A DNA stretch of 63,466 nt, counting the filler, from Aduncisulcus paluster (lineage: Eukaryota): the NCBI GenBank assembly GCA_024181965.1. It is 16 parts of 16 records of this genome, joined end to end, with 100 filler letters (N's around TTAATTAATTAA, not from the genome) between each part and the next. Parts side by side here need not be neighbours in the genome. Positions count along the whole stretch, not along the records: positions 1 to 2,410 come from BQXS01011803.1; positions 2,511 to 4,755 come from BQXS01011804.1; positions 4,856 to 7,656 come from BQXS01011805.1; positions 7,757 to 9,531 come from BQXS01011806.1; positions 9,632 to 15,921 come from BQXS01011807.1; 11 more parts are not named here. The stretch is one strand, 5' to 3'. A program made the position numbers and the translations under genes. Shown piece after piece: positions 1 through 13,100 of the stretch; positions within the stretch are counted from its first letter, which is position 1; the number at the start of each line of letters is the position of its first letter. The notes under the pieces are model-generated. The model saw only the letters and a list, made by a program, of their open reading frames with translations, was not told the origin of the DNA and ran no database searches.

Positions 1-2409
1 GACGGTTTCTTGGATGTCCTTAGAGTCCTTCTCTCCTGGGTGTGACTCAGCATTGCAAACAATGACGTTGGATAGGCTTGGGTTGAATTTTTCGAACAAC
101 TTCCGAACACTCTCATTGGGCGATGCTTGTGGATGTGGAGTGGAAACACCAATAGTTGGAGTATATTCCGCATTCTTCATCATCTCTAATAATCCTAAGC
201 AAAGACTTGACACATATCCTGGCTTCATGGCTTTTTCAATTTTACCCTTATCCTGGTCAGAGTGGTGAAGACTCTTGGAGAGAATTTCATCCAAGTATCG
301 AAATCCCCGCTTAACTTTGTCATCATATTCTGGAATCGAACGATAGATCTTGATTTCTTCCAAAATGCTAAAAACGGATTTAATATAAATGTCATTAAAC
401 CGAAGAGAAAAATCCGGGTGATGTTTTTTATAATTCATCAATTCAGGCACACATTCCTTTTGTATTTCATAGTAACAATGGTAGTGATGTTTTGACAGAT
501 CCAAGATAAGATTATCAAAGCTTGCATGTTCAGATTGGACTGAAGCATAATGTTTCATCCAAGGCTTGATGAGTTTTTTGACACATTTGAAGAGATCATC
601 GAGAATCTTCGGCCTCTCCTTTTGATAAACATATATCCGATAAAGACCATGCACAAACTCGATCACTTTGTGGACATTCTTCCAAAGTCGGTTTTCATCT
701 CTTTCATTCAGCAGATTCTCTGGACTGAAGATAGACAGCATGTCCTCCGTAATAATATGGAGAAATCGGGAAATGATTGCATACCGCCTTGCAGACTCTT
801 GCTCGCATTTTGCATCATTTTGACACACAATTGTCAGGATATCGATCCAACTTGACACAATTTCTACATAATTGGAAGAAATCCGGACATTCTTTGACTG
901 TGGAGAATGTATCGATGGAATGCAATAGGAATGCTCAATGTTGTCAGGGAGGACCTTTGAACAATATTCTTCGTCAAATTGTTCCCAAGACATTTTCTGT
1001 GAAGACACGGCTTCCACACCATCTTTCAGCAACTTCCGAGAATTATTCAGAGCACATTTGACAATCTTTGTCATGTCATTTCCATCGAGATTCAAGAGAG
1101 CAAGCACACATCCATGTTTCAAACATTCCAAACACACCCGGTGATTCGTTTTGTAGTACTTAAATAGCTCACATATCAAATTGGCCCACGAATCAATAGC
1201 TTCTGGATTATGATCTGCTTTGAACTCATCAAGCCACTCATTGACATGCCGAATAACATTGAGCTTTTCAATGAGATCAAGGAAAGAATCCTTGGAACGA
1301 GGTATCTTGGAAGTACGAAAAAGGAAAGACACAACATCCGCTTTGTCCGGATAGAGTTGAAACTCAAGCTTTCCTTGAACAAACACAGAGAGATACTGTC
1401 TCTTTGTTCCATCTGAACTCTCACAAATGGCTGGAAGGAAGTTCATGAGAATACGAAGCCATTTCTCCACATACTGTTTTGGGATATGTTCAACCTTGTC
1501 ATACATGGTTTTCACGATCAATGCCACAAGATCCGGATGCAAAATGCGGTTTTGGGTTGAAAGATCGAGAAGAAATTTAAAACACGAATCGACTGACGAT
1601 TTATCATTTTTCTCATGGCTAATTATTTCAATCAAATAATTTTTTAGGAACGATTCCAACTCGAATTTTGTGATCATGTCTCTCACAATCTCTGTGGATC
1701 TTTCCTTGGAGGCCAGAATAAACTCAAAGAACATGAATGACATTTCATTGCGGCGTTGAATGATAGGATCATCGCTTTGCCATTTTTTCAGAGAAGAGAT
1801 CCAGTCTGCTATGGAACGTGCATCTTTCCCGATGTAACCAAACATATCACGCTTCTGGTTAGATGGGAGGTATTCGCATTGCTGAGAGAGGTATCCGCAT
1901 TGACGAGAGAGGTATGAAATGATATCGCCAACAATCGGACACGAACGGTCATATGCGATATCTTTGGACAGATCCTTGGAAATATGCACAATCGTTTTGA
2001 TCAGTACATCATTGCAAACGAACATTTCACGACAGAATGAATGTTCCTCAGATGAACATGACGAACATGGAGACATGACACGGGATGCGATCTTGTCAAT
2101 AAATTTCACAAATATCCATCGAATCGGGATATACTCAGGTTTTGACATGAATGCTGGAATAATGCTGGGATTTTGGAAATGATCAATGATATTTTTAACC
2201 ACTGACATGCTGCACTTTGAATTATAGACATATAACGTGTATATATGGAGAATCTCTGCAAGAAGACTCCGATTGTCCTCAAGTGTAATATCATGGTCAC
2301 AATGATACTCACGTTCACGATCATCCGAAAGTAAGAAGGAAATAGATGTCTTGATGATGAGTGCATAGAATGGCAAAAGAGGGGGGAAATATTGCTCGAT
2401 GATCTCACA
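1..2409 (-). CDS. Large hypothetical protein, partial at both ends (803 codons), probably alpha-helical or ARM/HEAT-like
   Basis: Manual translation of the minus-strand frame from 2409 (CEIIEQYFPPLLPFYALIIK...) to 1 (...EKDSKDIQETV) has no stop codon. It is absent from the ORF track, apparently because it runs off the window. Leu/Ile/Glu/Lys-rich amphipathic character. Confidence 0.85.
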
Positions 2410-2410
2410 A

Positions 2411-2510
2411 NNNNNNNNNNNNNNNNNNNNNNNNNNNNNNNNNNNNNNNNNNNNTTAATTAATTAANNNNNNNNNNNNNNNNNNNNNNNNNNNNNNNNNN
2501 NNNNNNNNNN
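2411..2510. other. Artificial contig linker N44-TTAATTAATTAA-N44
   Basis: The same 100-nt linker, with stops in all six frames, recurs at 4756, 7657, 9532, 15922, 17812, 25155, 28295, 30396, 36714, 41366, 43313, 53757, 59636 and 61669. Sequences on either side are not genomic neighbours. Confidence 0.99.
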
Positions 2511-4755
2511 ACCAAGTTGAAACAAGCTCGTGCTTTGTCAACCCAGTACACTCCTGATCTCGTTGATGAAGATGTTCAACGTGTCAGACATCGTGTTGGA
2601 GCTGTCGGCACTGATTTGAATGAGTTCATGCAACTCGATGAAGATGATGAGGAAGAGGAGAGTACCTCTGAGATGGAGAAGAGGGAAATGGACAAGAAGG
2701 CCGGAGGCACTGCTGCACTCGGTGACACTCAGCGGAAGGCTGCCCAGCTTGCAGTATCCCTTGCTAAGACTGTGACTCTGAATTCAGAACAATCTCTCCA
2801 GACCATCCTGTCTTCCCTTGGATCGATTTTGAAGGTTTCCTCCACTCTGGAGGCTGTGAAACGTGCGTTATCCCTCTTATTGCAATATGGAATTGATGGA
2901 TATCAGGAACATCTCGGAGTCGATGAGGAAGGAGAAGAAGAGAGGATTATGAAACTTGGACTTGGACAAGAATTGGCCGAAGATAACCTTCTCGACGAGC
3001 TGAGTGAAAGCGAAGACGAACAAGAAGAAGAAGAGCGTTTGCTTGAAGAACAAAAGATGCGTGAATTGCAAGATGAGGAGCATCGCCAGCAAGTTGTCCA
3101 GGAGCTCGACGAGGAGAAAGCTCAAATTGAGGCTCAAAAGGTATCAGAAAAGGACAGGGAAGAGATGTTGAAGGCATATGAAGCCAAAAGACAGCTCATT
3201 CTTGGGAATCTTGATGCTGAACAGCAAAAACAGAAGACTTTCTTGGAGGATATGAAACAAGCAAGGTTGGAGAAGCGTAGACTCGCAAAAGCCAGGAAAG
3301 ACCTTGCCAAGAAACAAGAAGACGATGCCAAACAGCAGAAAGAGCAGAGCAAGGCTTTGAGCAAGGCTCTGCGTGAACGAGGTGAGCACGATCTGACCAA
3401 GGGTCGTGCCAAGCTGCAAGGTGTTGCTGACGATCAATATGAGAAGGTCATGGAGTGCATCGGTGCTGTTGCCATTGCTGGTGACAAGGATCCTGAACTT
3501 GTAAAGCTTTTGAAGAAAGAGCGGAGCGATGTCAAGAAACGCATGCAACAAGATATGAAGAAAGAGATTAAGACCTTTGCTGATGTACAAAAGCACAAGA
3601 TTCAGCGGAAGAAAGCTCAGGTCAAACTTAAGGCTCTAACTGAAAACAAGGAGCAAACGAAGGAAAGGATCAAGCTTGAGAAGGAACAGCTCGATAAGCA
3701 ACTTCAAGAAGATGAGATTGAAGAGCATGTGAAGCTCGAGACCAGATTAAGAGAGAAGAAAGAGGCTGAAAAGGTATCCATTGAGCGTGATATGAAATTG
3801 TCTCTCTCCGAGGCCAGATCTCAACATGAACGTGATGCCATCCTTCGTGCTTTCAAAGCTAGAGAAGAACTCCTCGAGATGTCTCTGAAAAAAGAAAAAC
3901 AACGTCAGCTCGAGTCCCTCAAAGAGAAACTCAAACACAGAAGGATGGAAAAGAGAAAGCAACTGGCCTCCAAACACGAACGGGAGATGGAAAGAGAAGC
4001 TGAGGAGGAGATCTCTGCAACTGCCAAGGTGCTTGAAGAGAAGAAGGAAGAAGAGAGAGCCACTGAAGAGCTTCAGATCTCAATGGGGGCACAGAAGAAG
4101 AAGACCAAGGTTGAACTCCAGCTTAAGGGTGATCTTGCCTTGAAATTGAGTGAGTGTGAGAATGAAGATGAGAAGAAACAGCTTCTTGAACGTTACGAGG
4201 CTAACAGGGCTAAGTTATTGAGTGAAATTGATAAGGAAAAGAATGCTCAACGTGAGAAACTCAGAAAGAAATTAGAGGCCCGTAAACTTCGTGCTGAGAA
4301 GGAGCTTGAACGTAAGATCCACGCAAAACAAATGCATGTGATTGCTCAGATGCGGAAAGAAGAGAGGAAACAGCGTCAGGAAGAAGAGCATCGTGAAAAG
4401 GGAACTGATGAAGAAGCCGAAGAGAATATTGAAGCCGAGGGGGCTGACGGTGAGAAGGAATTATCTGAGTTGGGGGACGAAGTCTCAATCGATGAGGATA
4501 TCGTTGATGAGTTTGAAGCTCAGTTCGATGCTGCTTTGAAGGCTGTGAACAAAGATAAAGAAAGCATTCAGAGAGAGGAAGAACTTGTTCATGAAAAGCT
4601 CGAGAAGGTGAGCAACCTTGAAAAGAAACACGAAGAGGAAGAAAAGGCTTTGGATATGTCCTTGGAAAAAGAGAAGGAGAAGGAAATGGTTAAGCATGAA
4701 CAAGAAATGGAAATGATGAAAAATCGTGCTTCTGAGGAGCTTGACAAAAAACGAG
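2511..4755 (+). CDS. Long E/K/R/Q-rich coiled-coil protein, partial at both ends
   Basis: Open frame across the contig. About three internal repeats of the type L..YE..R..L...LD.E...Q...L..KL..R; no catalytic motif. Confidence 0.8.
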
Positions 4756-4856
4756 NNNNNNNNNNNNNNNNNNNNNNNNNNNNNNNNNNNNNNNNNNNNT
4801 TAATTAATTAANNNNNNNNNNNNNNNNNNNNNNNNNNNNNNNNNNNNNNNNNNNNA

Positions 4857-4997
4857 ACAACTCTTGGAGATTTGGCCAAATATTTGGACAAAAGATTTGT
4901 CTTACAAAAAATTAAACCTATTTTGATGAACCTTTCAAGCGAAGACCCTGATGTTGATGTTCAGAACTTTGCTGCCCTTGCCCTTACCAAGTTGTAA
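4857..4997 (+). CDS. PPP2R1A: Protein phosphatase 2A scaffold (A) subunit, last HEAT repeat (3' fragment)
   Basis: Translates as TTLGDLAKYLDKRFVLQKIKPILMNLSSEDPDVDVQNFAALALTKL*, matching the PP2A-A C-terminal signature KPIL..L..D.DVDV..FA..AL. Confidence 0.8.
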   Translation, partial: TTLGDLAKYLDKRFVLQKIKPILMNLSSEDPDVDVQNFAALALTKL

Positions 4998-5167
4998 GTT
5001 ATTTATACCGACAAGATGATTGTTTTTTCAGTAAACAAACATATCATTGTTATTATATAATCGAATATTGGTATTATCTTGCTTTTAATATCTGAATTTC
5101 TTGCTAGATTTCAAGTTGTTACAAAATTGTCTTTTGTTCCACGAATTATCGTTGGACAATATTTTTT

Positions 5168-7656
5168 ATGAAATTTTACAGCTTATCTGATAAGTCAGGA
5201 AATGATATTCAACGATTTCCATCCTTGTTGTATGTTTTTTGTCCCTATTAGATATTTTTTTATGCACCCTCAAACATTTTCTAATGTGTGTAATATTTTT
5301 AGCGATGATTTAGGTTTTGCGTCATCAAAAGTTGAAACTACAAGGCCAAAAGAGGATTCTACACAAGTTTCGCCGCCGGAATCCAAATCCGCCCCAAACC
5401 CGTCCGAATCTCCAAAACCAGTAGCAACTTCCTCATTTGTTCCATCAATTGCCGCAAGAGCTGCCAATAGCGTCCTTACTGGCGTTGACAGAGAACAATA
5501 TGGCGTGTTTTCTTCGGAAGATCTTTTAGACCAACCAATCAAATCTTCTGAGCATGAAGATGACGAAATCCGGGTTATACAAGACGAAGAAGATGAAGAA
5601 TATGAGAGCGAAAGAGAAAAAGATCAGCCTATGGGTTGGATTGAGCGGAAAGAGTTAGAGAAAAAGGAGATGGAGCTTAAACAAATAGAATCTATCAAAT
5701 ATCCCCCTGATGATAGTGATCAAGGCAATACTTCCTCCCTGTGTAAGCTTTCTGATCTTGATGATAGATCTCAGGAATCGCCCTTGACAACCTCAAAGGA
5801 TGCTAGTTCTCATCAACCTCATAGATTTGAACTTTCTCACTCTCCAAATACACTCGTTGGCAGTATGGATGATCTTTTATCAATGAATCTTGGCTCGAAC
5901 AGAAAAGATGATACCATTGGACAGAAAGAAAGTGATTATCTTGATGCTGAAACTGGTCAAAAGGATTCACTTCATGCAACTTATAGAAAGAAGGATGACC
6001 AACCATCATTGGATCCGAAACAGGACGATACAGTTAGTGCTTTGATCGATCCAGCCAGATTTACATCTCTTGCTGAGGTTCGACTGTCCAAAGCTAAAAA
6101 TAGACTTCATCATATCCTTTCTGAACCCACATATCACACTGCCTCAGGTGATACCACTTCTGGGTCAGCCCCATACACTCCTTCTGATTCTATCGAGCAA
6201 TTTTCCACCGAGCCAAACCCAACATCTTCAATTCCTATTCCTACATCCCAAAATAGCACACAAATATCGGATTCCTCGGCATATTCATCTCCTCTTCTTG
6301 ATCGAATTTCTCAGATTGAGAGAGAGAATGAGAGGATACTCCAGAAGATTTCCATTGATTCCTCCTCCTCTTCCTCCTCTTCCTCCTCTTCCTCCTCTTC
6401 CTCCTCTTCCTCCTCTTCCTCGAGTCAACCTCCTATTAGCGATGGATTCAAGCATCAAGAAGATACTGAATATGATCCACGTGAAATATCTGGTGTGACT
6501 AGGCGAGGTGTGTCTGGTGAGGATCATATCTCCCCTAGCATGGATTCTCCTTCTATTCCTGGGTCCACCTCACAGCAACAGAGCGGCATGAGTTCCCCGC
6601 ATCCCCTTTTACCGTCTAAAGTCATAACCACATCCTCCCTCTCCTCCTCTTCGAGTGGATTCAATAGGGAGGATTACATGAGAGCCTTCTCGAAGACATT
6701 GGAAGAGAAAAGTGGGAAACATTTACGGCCAGCAAAGGAACAAGTAGTCAAGGTTGACACAAGCTCATGCTCTCTATCAACCATGATCTCCTTATTACAC
6801 CCGTTACCATTCCCCTCGTTGATATCTCTCAAATATCTTCAGCATGAGGTTAAGCGAATGGAGTCTGAGAATGTCCATCTTCAACAGGCCCTAATAATGA
6901 CTCAGTCAAAGCTGACAAAAAGTTCTAGATTACATATGGCTGCCGAGCATCGTATTCGTGCTCTTGAAATGGAGAAAGAGAAGTTATTGGCCACAATTAG
7001 CACTCTAGTCAGAGAGAAGGGAACCGTCGTCAACCGTGCTCGTCTGAGTGATGTTGCCTTGACTCATTGTGTCCAGAAAGAGAAGCAGAAACGTCAAATA
7101 CTTGAAGACATGCTGTCCAATGAGTCTAAGAAACATATTCAAGCCCAACAAGAGATTATACGGCTTCGTGAGGCACTCATGCACACGATCAGAAAGATAT
7201 CTAATCGGGGAAGATTCAGAAAAAAACACTCCCAGAAGAGAGAAACTCCTCTCGCTCTTGATGATGAACATCACTATGCCGCTCAAAAGCCAGCCATTCC
7301 CATTTCGGCCCAGGTATCTGGTAGGTCTGGATCACAGCCTAGGAGGAGTGCACAACGGAGTAGGAGTAGGAGTAGGAGTGCAGGGAGGATGGGTAAGAGT
7401 GTCGAAAGGAGTACAATGTCTAGCAGGAATAGGAATAGAGATCGTTCAGCTGGACCTTCTGAGAAGAGTGGGTACAAGAGAGCAGCAACACCATCTTTCA
7501 CACATATGGACACAAGGAGTCCTTCTCATTCAATCGAACGATCTGTAGGCAGATCGATAGGTAGGTCCGTTGGTAGGTCCGTTGGTAGGTCCGTTGGTAG
7601 GTCTGTCGGATTAGAAGGGAGTGTTGGGATTAATTCCGGCGTTCTCCGAATGAAGC
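5168..7656 (+). CDS. Ser-rich low-complexity and coiled-coil hypothetical protein, 3' partial, with a probable intron at 5230-5302
   Basis: ORF 5202-7656. A GTATGT donor at 5230, CTAAT branch-like motif and TTTTTAG acceptor at 5302 join ATG 5168 in frame (MKFYSLSDKSGNDIQRFPSLF/DDLGF). Contains poly-Ser, a coiled coil, an RS tract and SVGR repeats. Confidence 0.7.
7545..7610 (+). repeat. Coding 12-nt tandem repeat (GTAGGTCCGTTG-like) encoding SVGR about 5 times
   Basis: Direct reading: SVGRSIGRSVGRSVGRSVGRSVG. Confidence 0.85.
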
Positions 7657-7756
7657 NNNNNNNNNNNNNNNNNNNNNNNNNNNNNNNNNNNNNNNNNNNN
7701 TTAATTAATTAANNNNNNNNNNNNNNNNNNNNNNNNNNNNNNNNNNNNNNNNNNNN

Positions 7757-9531
7757 CTCTGTTCGCACCATCCGTGAACAAAATGAGAACGTTCCCATAG
7801 TCTCGCTTCCGAAGAGATCTACGGGCATATTGAAGACCCTTGGAGAAGATGGTCTCTCCAGATGGACGTGTTTCTTTCAACTTCGAGAGCCATGAACGTC
7901 CGTTGTAAGGAGTAAGTTTCTCTTGATGAGGCAATTTGACCCTGGCACAGTCATCATTAAATGTACACACACTCAATAGATGGGGACATGAACGGTGTGG
8001 GAATTTCGCTGCCAAAGTATCAATGACACCAGATTGCAACGCGTTGATCAGACAATCCTTGCGAGTCTTGGTTTCAGACTTGTCGGCTGAGATCTCGGCA
8101 TTCATACTTCCACTGTAGTCGAGCAAGAAGATAAAGTTCGTGCGATCATACTTCTTAGATGGGACCATGTGGATCTCACTCAGAAGGTTTTGCTTAAATC
8201 TATCCTTCACATCCAATGGGAAGTCCACTTGCACATCATGCCGACGCTTTCTCTTGAATTGTGCTTGGAGCCAAATGGCACAATTTTGAATCCAGATCGA
8301 GGTTCCCTTTGCCTTGAAGTCGATAAAGAGTTTCGTGAAGGCTGTGTCAATGATCATGGAACCACATCGAGATCCAGTTGGTGACAGATAGATCAACGAT
8401 CCAGGCTGTGGCATTGCACCCTTTCTCATCCTGTCATTTGTGTTGACGAAAGCGTATTCAAATGGAACAAGATCGGACTTTGATCTGCAATTGAATGTGG
8501 CAATGGTCTTGCCCTCAAAACATTTCTCAAGACGAGCATACACATCGAAGGAATTGCTACTGCTGTTCATTGCAGAGTTCTTTATGAACTTACCATATGG
8601 GATTATCTTCCCTGACAGATAGTCTTTCTCTTCCCCTTCAGTCATTTTCTTGATGATTCCTCCCCCAACATATGATTCCTCAGATACACGCACTTTTGTC
8701 TTGAACTTTCCACTTTGTCCTTCCCCATCCTCAATCTTGTCAAATTCCACCTTTTCGAGGAACAAGTTCAACTCATGGTATGTGTCATTCTCTGGCAACC
8801 AGAAGATACACCCTGATCTCCTCCAGAATTCTATCAGAGCATCAATGAAGACATCCTGTCTGACTGGGCTCGCTGGTGCACCTGTCGCTGGATCAATTGG
8901 AAGCATTCCTTTCTGACTTGGAATGACCCATGCAACACCATACTTTCCACTGAGTAGACGTTCGATGGCATCTTCATAGTTCATCACAACATCATACCCA
9001 ATGTGATGGAAGTCGAGAATGGCACCTGGAGAAACAAACTTCCCGTCAGATTCTTCTTTCTTCTCTTTTCTTGAAAAAGGTTTCCGAGAGAACACTTCTT
9101 TCGTCACAAGCCTATCCGTTTCAGGGTCAAGATGTTTCGTGACAGAATAATCGAAAAGCATGACAATGAGCACCTTATATCCCTTGAAATTGTACTCTGA
9201 GATATTCACATTGAGATTATCAAGTTCCCCATGTTCATCCTTTTTGTCGGACTTGTCCTGGGCATCAACTTTGATAAGCCTCAGAACATCATGCTCACAT
9301 CTCGCATCGACCTTGTTGTGAACACTCGTGAAAGGGGAGGAGAGAATTCTATTGAGCATCAATTCACTGCAATCCTTCTTGTCAACAAGGAACTGGGAAC
9401 GCACATCGTTGGAGATGGCAATCTGACCAGACGAGTTGGAATATAATGTGGACAGGCCAGACCCAATGTCAGCAGGGATAGGGGACCAACAACAGCGCTG
9501 GAAATGCTTCTTGAGACCCACAGGTTGTATT
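7757..9531 (-). CDS. von Willebrand factor A domain protein with an uncharacterised N-terminal alpha/beta domain, partial
   Basis: MIDAS motif FLLDYSGSM (DxSxS), TFND, PSGET and LILFTDG in the C-terminal ~130 aa. Confidence 0.85.
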
Positions 9532-10165
9532 NNNNNNNNNNNNNNNNNNNNNNNNNNNNNNNNNNNNNNNNNNNNTTAATTAATTAANNNNNNNNNNNNN
9601 NNNNNNNNNNNNNNNNNNNNNNNNNNNNNNNGAGTGAAACTGTTCAAACTCTGAGCAACTATAAAACGAGGTTTATGTCCACTAACCCAACAAAATAAGT
9701 ATTTTAGACAATAATAATTCCAATATCACGGCTATGAGCAAATAAACTATGTCTTGTCACTCAAAACCACCCCAAACTGAAGAAGTCAAACATATATTAC
9801 CCATTGCAGTAATTCTTGGAGCTTTAATATCATAAACCTACATTAAATATATTTGAATTAATCTATATTCGCTCATAACTAAAATAATATGACATGGTTC
9901 ACACATAAGCAATTTGATTTTCCACTCCGATGGAATGGAGTGAATAAATTGATCATAGACCATGCAAATGACCCTCGACAAGGTCAAAAGATATTATTTA
10001 AGTATCAGAATACCAAAAATAGTTGCTAAAATAATTGTGAAAGCACGGAAAAGGCCGCGTGACGAAAATGGGATAAGGAAAAAAAATTTCAAAGTATTTA
10101 CTTGAAAAAAGATAAATTGAGAATAAAATTCAAAAATAATAAAAAAAAAAACTACGGCTATAACA

Positions 10166-13100
10166 TTAGAAAAACAGAGAAGCTTGCTTTTTGAAATTAA
10201 AACAGCATTTCATATCATGAGCATGCTCTTCATATCCAATAATACTGAGAATTTCTGCGACATCAGTGAGACGCTCGATTTCCTCATCGGATAACGCCAG
10301 AGATTCTAATTCAGCCATGGCCTTTGCCAAAAAGTTTTCATTCTTCGTTTTTCTAGGCTTTTTAGATTTTCTAGATTTCTTTCCATGTTCTTCTTTCATC
10401 TCTCTTTCCTCTCTTTCTATCCTCTCCCGCTTCACAATTTGTTGCAATTCAAGGACCTTTTCTTGCAAAACGGAGATTTTTGAATCCATTTTGATTTTCT
10501 TTTGGATATACCGTTTGGAAACTGCCAACAATTCATCAACAAACCTTGCACACAACACAACACACCCTGTTAATGACAAGCATCTCAGGGATGTTCTCAT
10601 TTTCTCCACATCATATTGACCCTTGAAGACCTCCATCACACCGTTTGAACATGACAATTCATTGATATAGACGACACTCAGCCTACGAACCCAAAGAATA
10701 CACTCGGAAATATGAAGAGAGTGGACCATTTTACCCATTAACCCGAGGAGGGAAGAGAGGACATTCTTATCCTGCTGTTTGTGCATTGATTCCACGACTT
10801 CCGCGGATTCGACGACACTCGTAGCCTCACTTTCAGAACCTTCACCTAGATGAACATGCCCCTTTGCCTTGATTTTCCCAATGACTTTGGAAAATGTATC
10901 TCCATCCTCTTCCTCCTCTTCATCTTTGCTCACAGAATACGTCGAAGAAATCCCCAATTGGGCCAAATAAGAGGGAATACGAGCCTCAGCGATGGCAGAG
11001 ATCGCTGCTTTATGATCAAAACTGGGCTCAAATATAGGAGAATCCAACATTTCGGACACCTTTTCCCAATTAAAAGAACCAATACTTTCCACCTTGCTCC
11101 CTTCCTTCTTTCCATTTCCAATGATAGATACCGACGATGACGACTCTTTCTTTTCTTCCTCTTCTCTGGAGATTACATCACTTTGGATCTCTCTCTCTTT
11201 CCTCACCCTCTCTTCAGAAGTCCGAGTCAACAACTCCCCTTCTTCCTCTTCCTCTTCTTCTTCTTCTCTTCTCTTCTTCATCTTCTTCTCTTTCTCTCTT
11301 AGAGCCTGTTGGCGTTGTTCTTCAATGAGTTTGAGAATATATATTGTTTGAACAATAATACCAAGATCTTGCTTGCTCTCTTTAACACAATCAATAATAG
11401 CACCATTCACATCACCCGAAGCAACTTTCAGGAACAGACGAGATGAGAACGAGAGTGCCTCTCTCCTTCTCACAATTCTTTCCCTTGACTTATCTTGACT
11501 TGACTTATCTTGACTTGACTTATCTTGACTTGCGATATCATGGGCATGGAAAGGAGAAGAAATATTTTCTCTTCCTCTTTCTTCCTCTTCATCTTGGTTG
11601 TCCTCAGTATCTCTGTGAGGTTGACTCTGACTTTGACTCTTCCCGACATTTCTTTCTTTTTCCCAAGGTCGAATCATTTCAACAGCATCAACATATATGT
11701 GAGATCTTTGAGAGAGGTTGGAGAGGAGACAAGAACGTATTGATGGGTGTGAAGGTTCTTCAAATAAAGCTTGACCCTCTTTTTTCTTCTTATTCTTTGC
11801 ACTCTTTTCTTTCTTCTTTTCTTTCCCCTTCTTTCTTTCAGCTATAGATTGGGATTTTAAAGTGTAAACAATAGGTCCAGAAGGTCCAATATCACCAGGA
11901 CACTTCTTTCTCCAGGCGAAAGGCAGTACACGTTCACTTACAGCTCCTTCTTGGGCTCTTCTCAACACGTCCACCATGTTACACCCTCGAATATTGAGAT
12001 GATGTTTCTCTCTTTCCACGACACAGATAATGGCCTCTTCAAGCAACCCAAGAGACAAGAGAGCAGTGTAGGAGGAGAGAGTAACAGAGCTTCTGTGTAA
12101 AGCATGCGAAGAGGGACGGTTAGTAGAGAGGGTAATAACATCTTGTGAAGAAGAAGGAGAGGCCAATTCGTACATCGATGACACACGCTCAGCAACTCCT
12201 TGCCCACAACCGAGTACGTTAGCAAACAATTTCAAGAGTCGTTGGGCTTCTCTTAAGGGTCTAAACACGAATAAGGAGTGTAAAAGCTGAGTTAGTGACA
12301 CCGATAAGGTCAGTGTGAGTGGCAAAAGAGTGGAGAGAAGAGAAACGAGAGACGGATGAGGCGAAAAGGTTGAAAATACATCACTATCCGCATAATTAGA
12401 CGTGAGATCAGAAGGAGGCCCGGAGGACGAGAATAATAGCATTGGGTCAAGGGAAGAGAATGCATATAATGGATTATTCCTCTCAAATTCTTTGGTTCTA
12501 ACCTCTTCAGAGTCTTCCTCTTCTTTTTCTTCACTGGTACCACTACTTTCATCGAATCTATCCATTTCTACTCCTCTTCCTTCAAGTTCCTTGATTTCTT
12601 CATCCTTGGCCACAGTTCTGCTCTGGATGATATCAGAGAGTTCATTGTTGCAGATATCAATACACGTATTGACAAGAACGACAGCAATACCTTTTCTCTT
12701 GCCAAGTCCAACGTTTAATAGCTCTTTTGTGTACTGAATGAACAAGGAACTCTTGTGGTGCTTGCATTCAAGACAAAGACCATACAAAAACGTGCAGCAA
12801 TGGGTCAGGAACGAGAGTTCATCACGAGTAAATGCACGGGCAAGTCTGTTCTTATCCACAAAGCTAAACCCCGTGTCGACAGGTTCCACAAAAGACTCCC
12901 CACTCATGCCCCCACTGACACCAACAACAACAGTGTTATTCTTTTGACTGTTACCAGCCACTGCAAGAGAAATACGTGGATCTTCAACACTGAGGAACCT
13001 AAATAGCTCGTCATCGGTGTGGAAATGAGCAATGGTGTGCAGAACCAGACCAATGGTGGATGCAGAATCATCATCGATGGAAGCAGATGCAGATCTCGAA

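Noticed and set aside
14..2408. Short ORFs listed in the first contig, and the many antisense or alternate-frame ORFs elsewhere (RGRG, PLPL, poly-F)
   Set aside because: They are shadows of real CDSs and of GA/CT-rich coding repeats.
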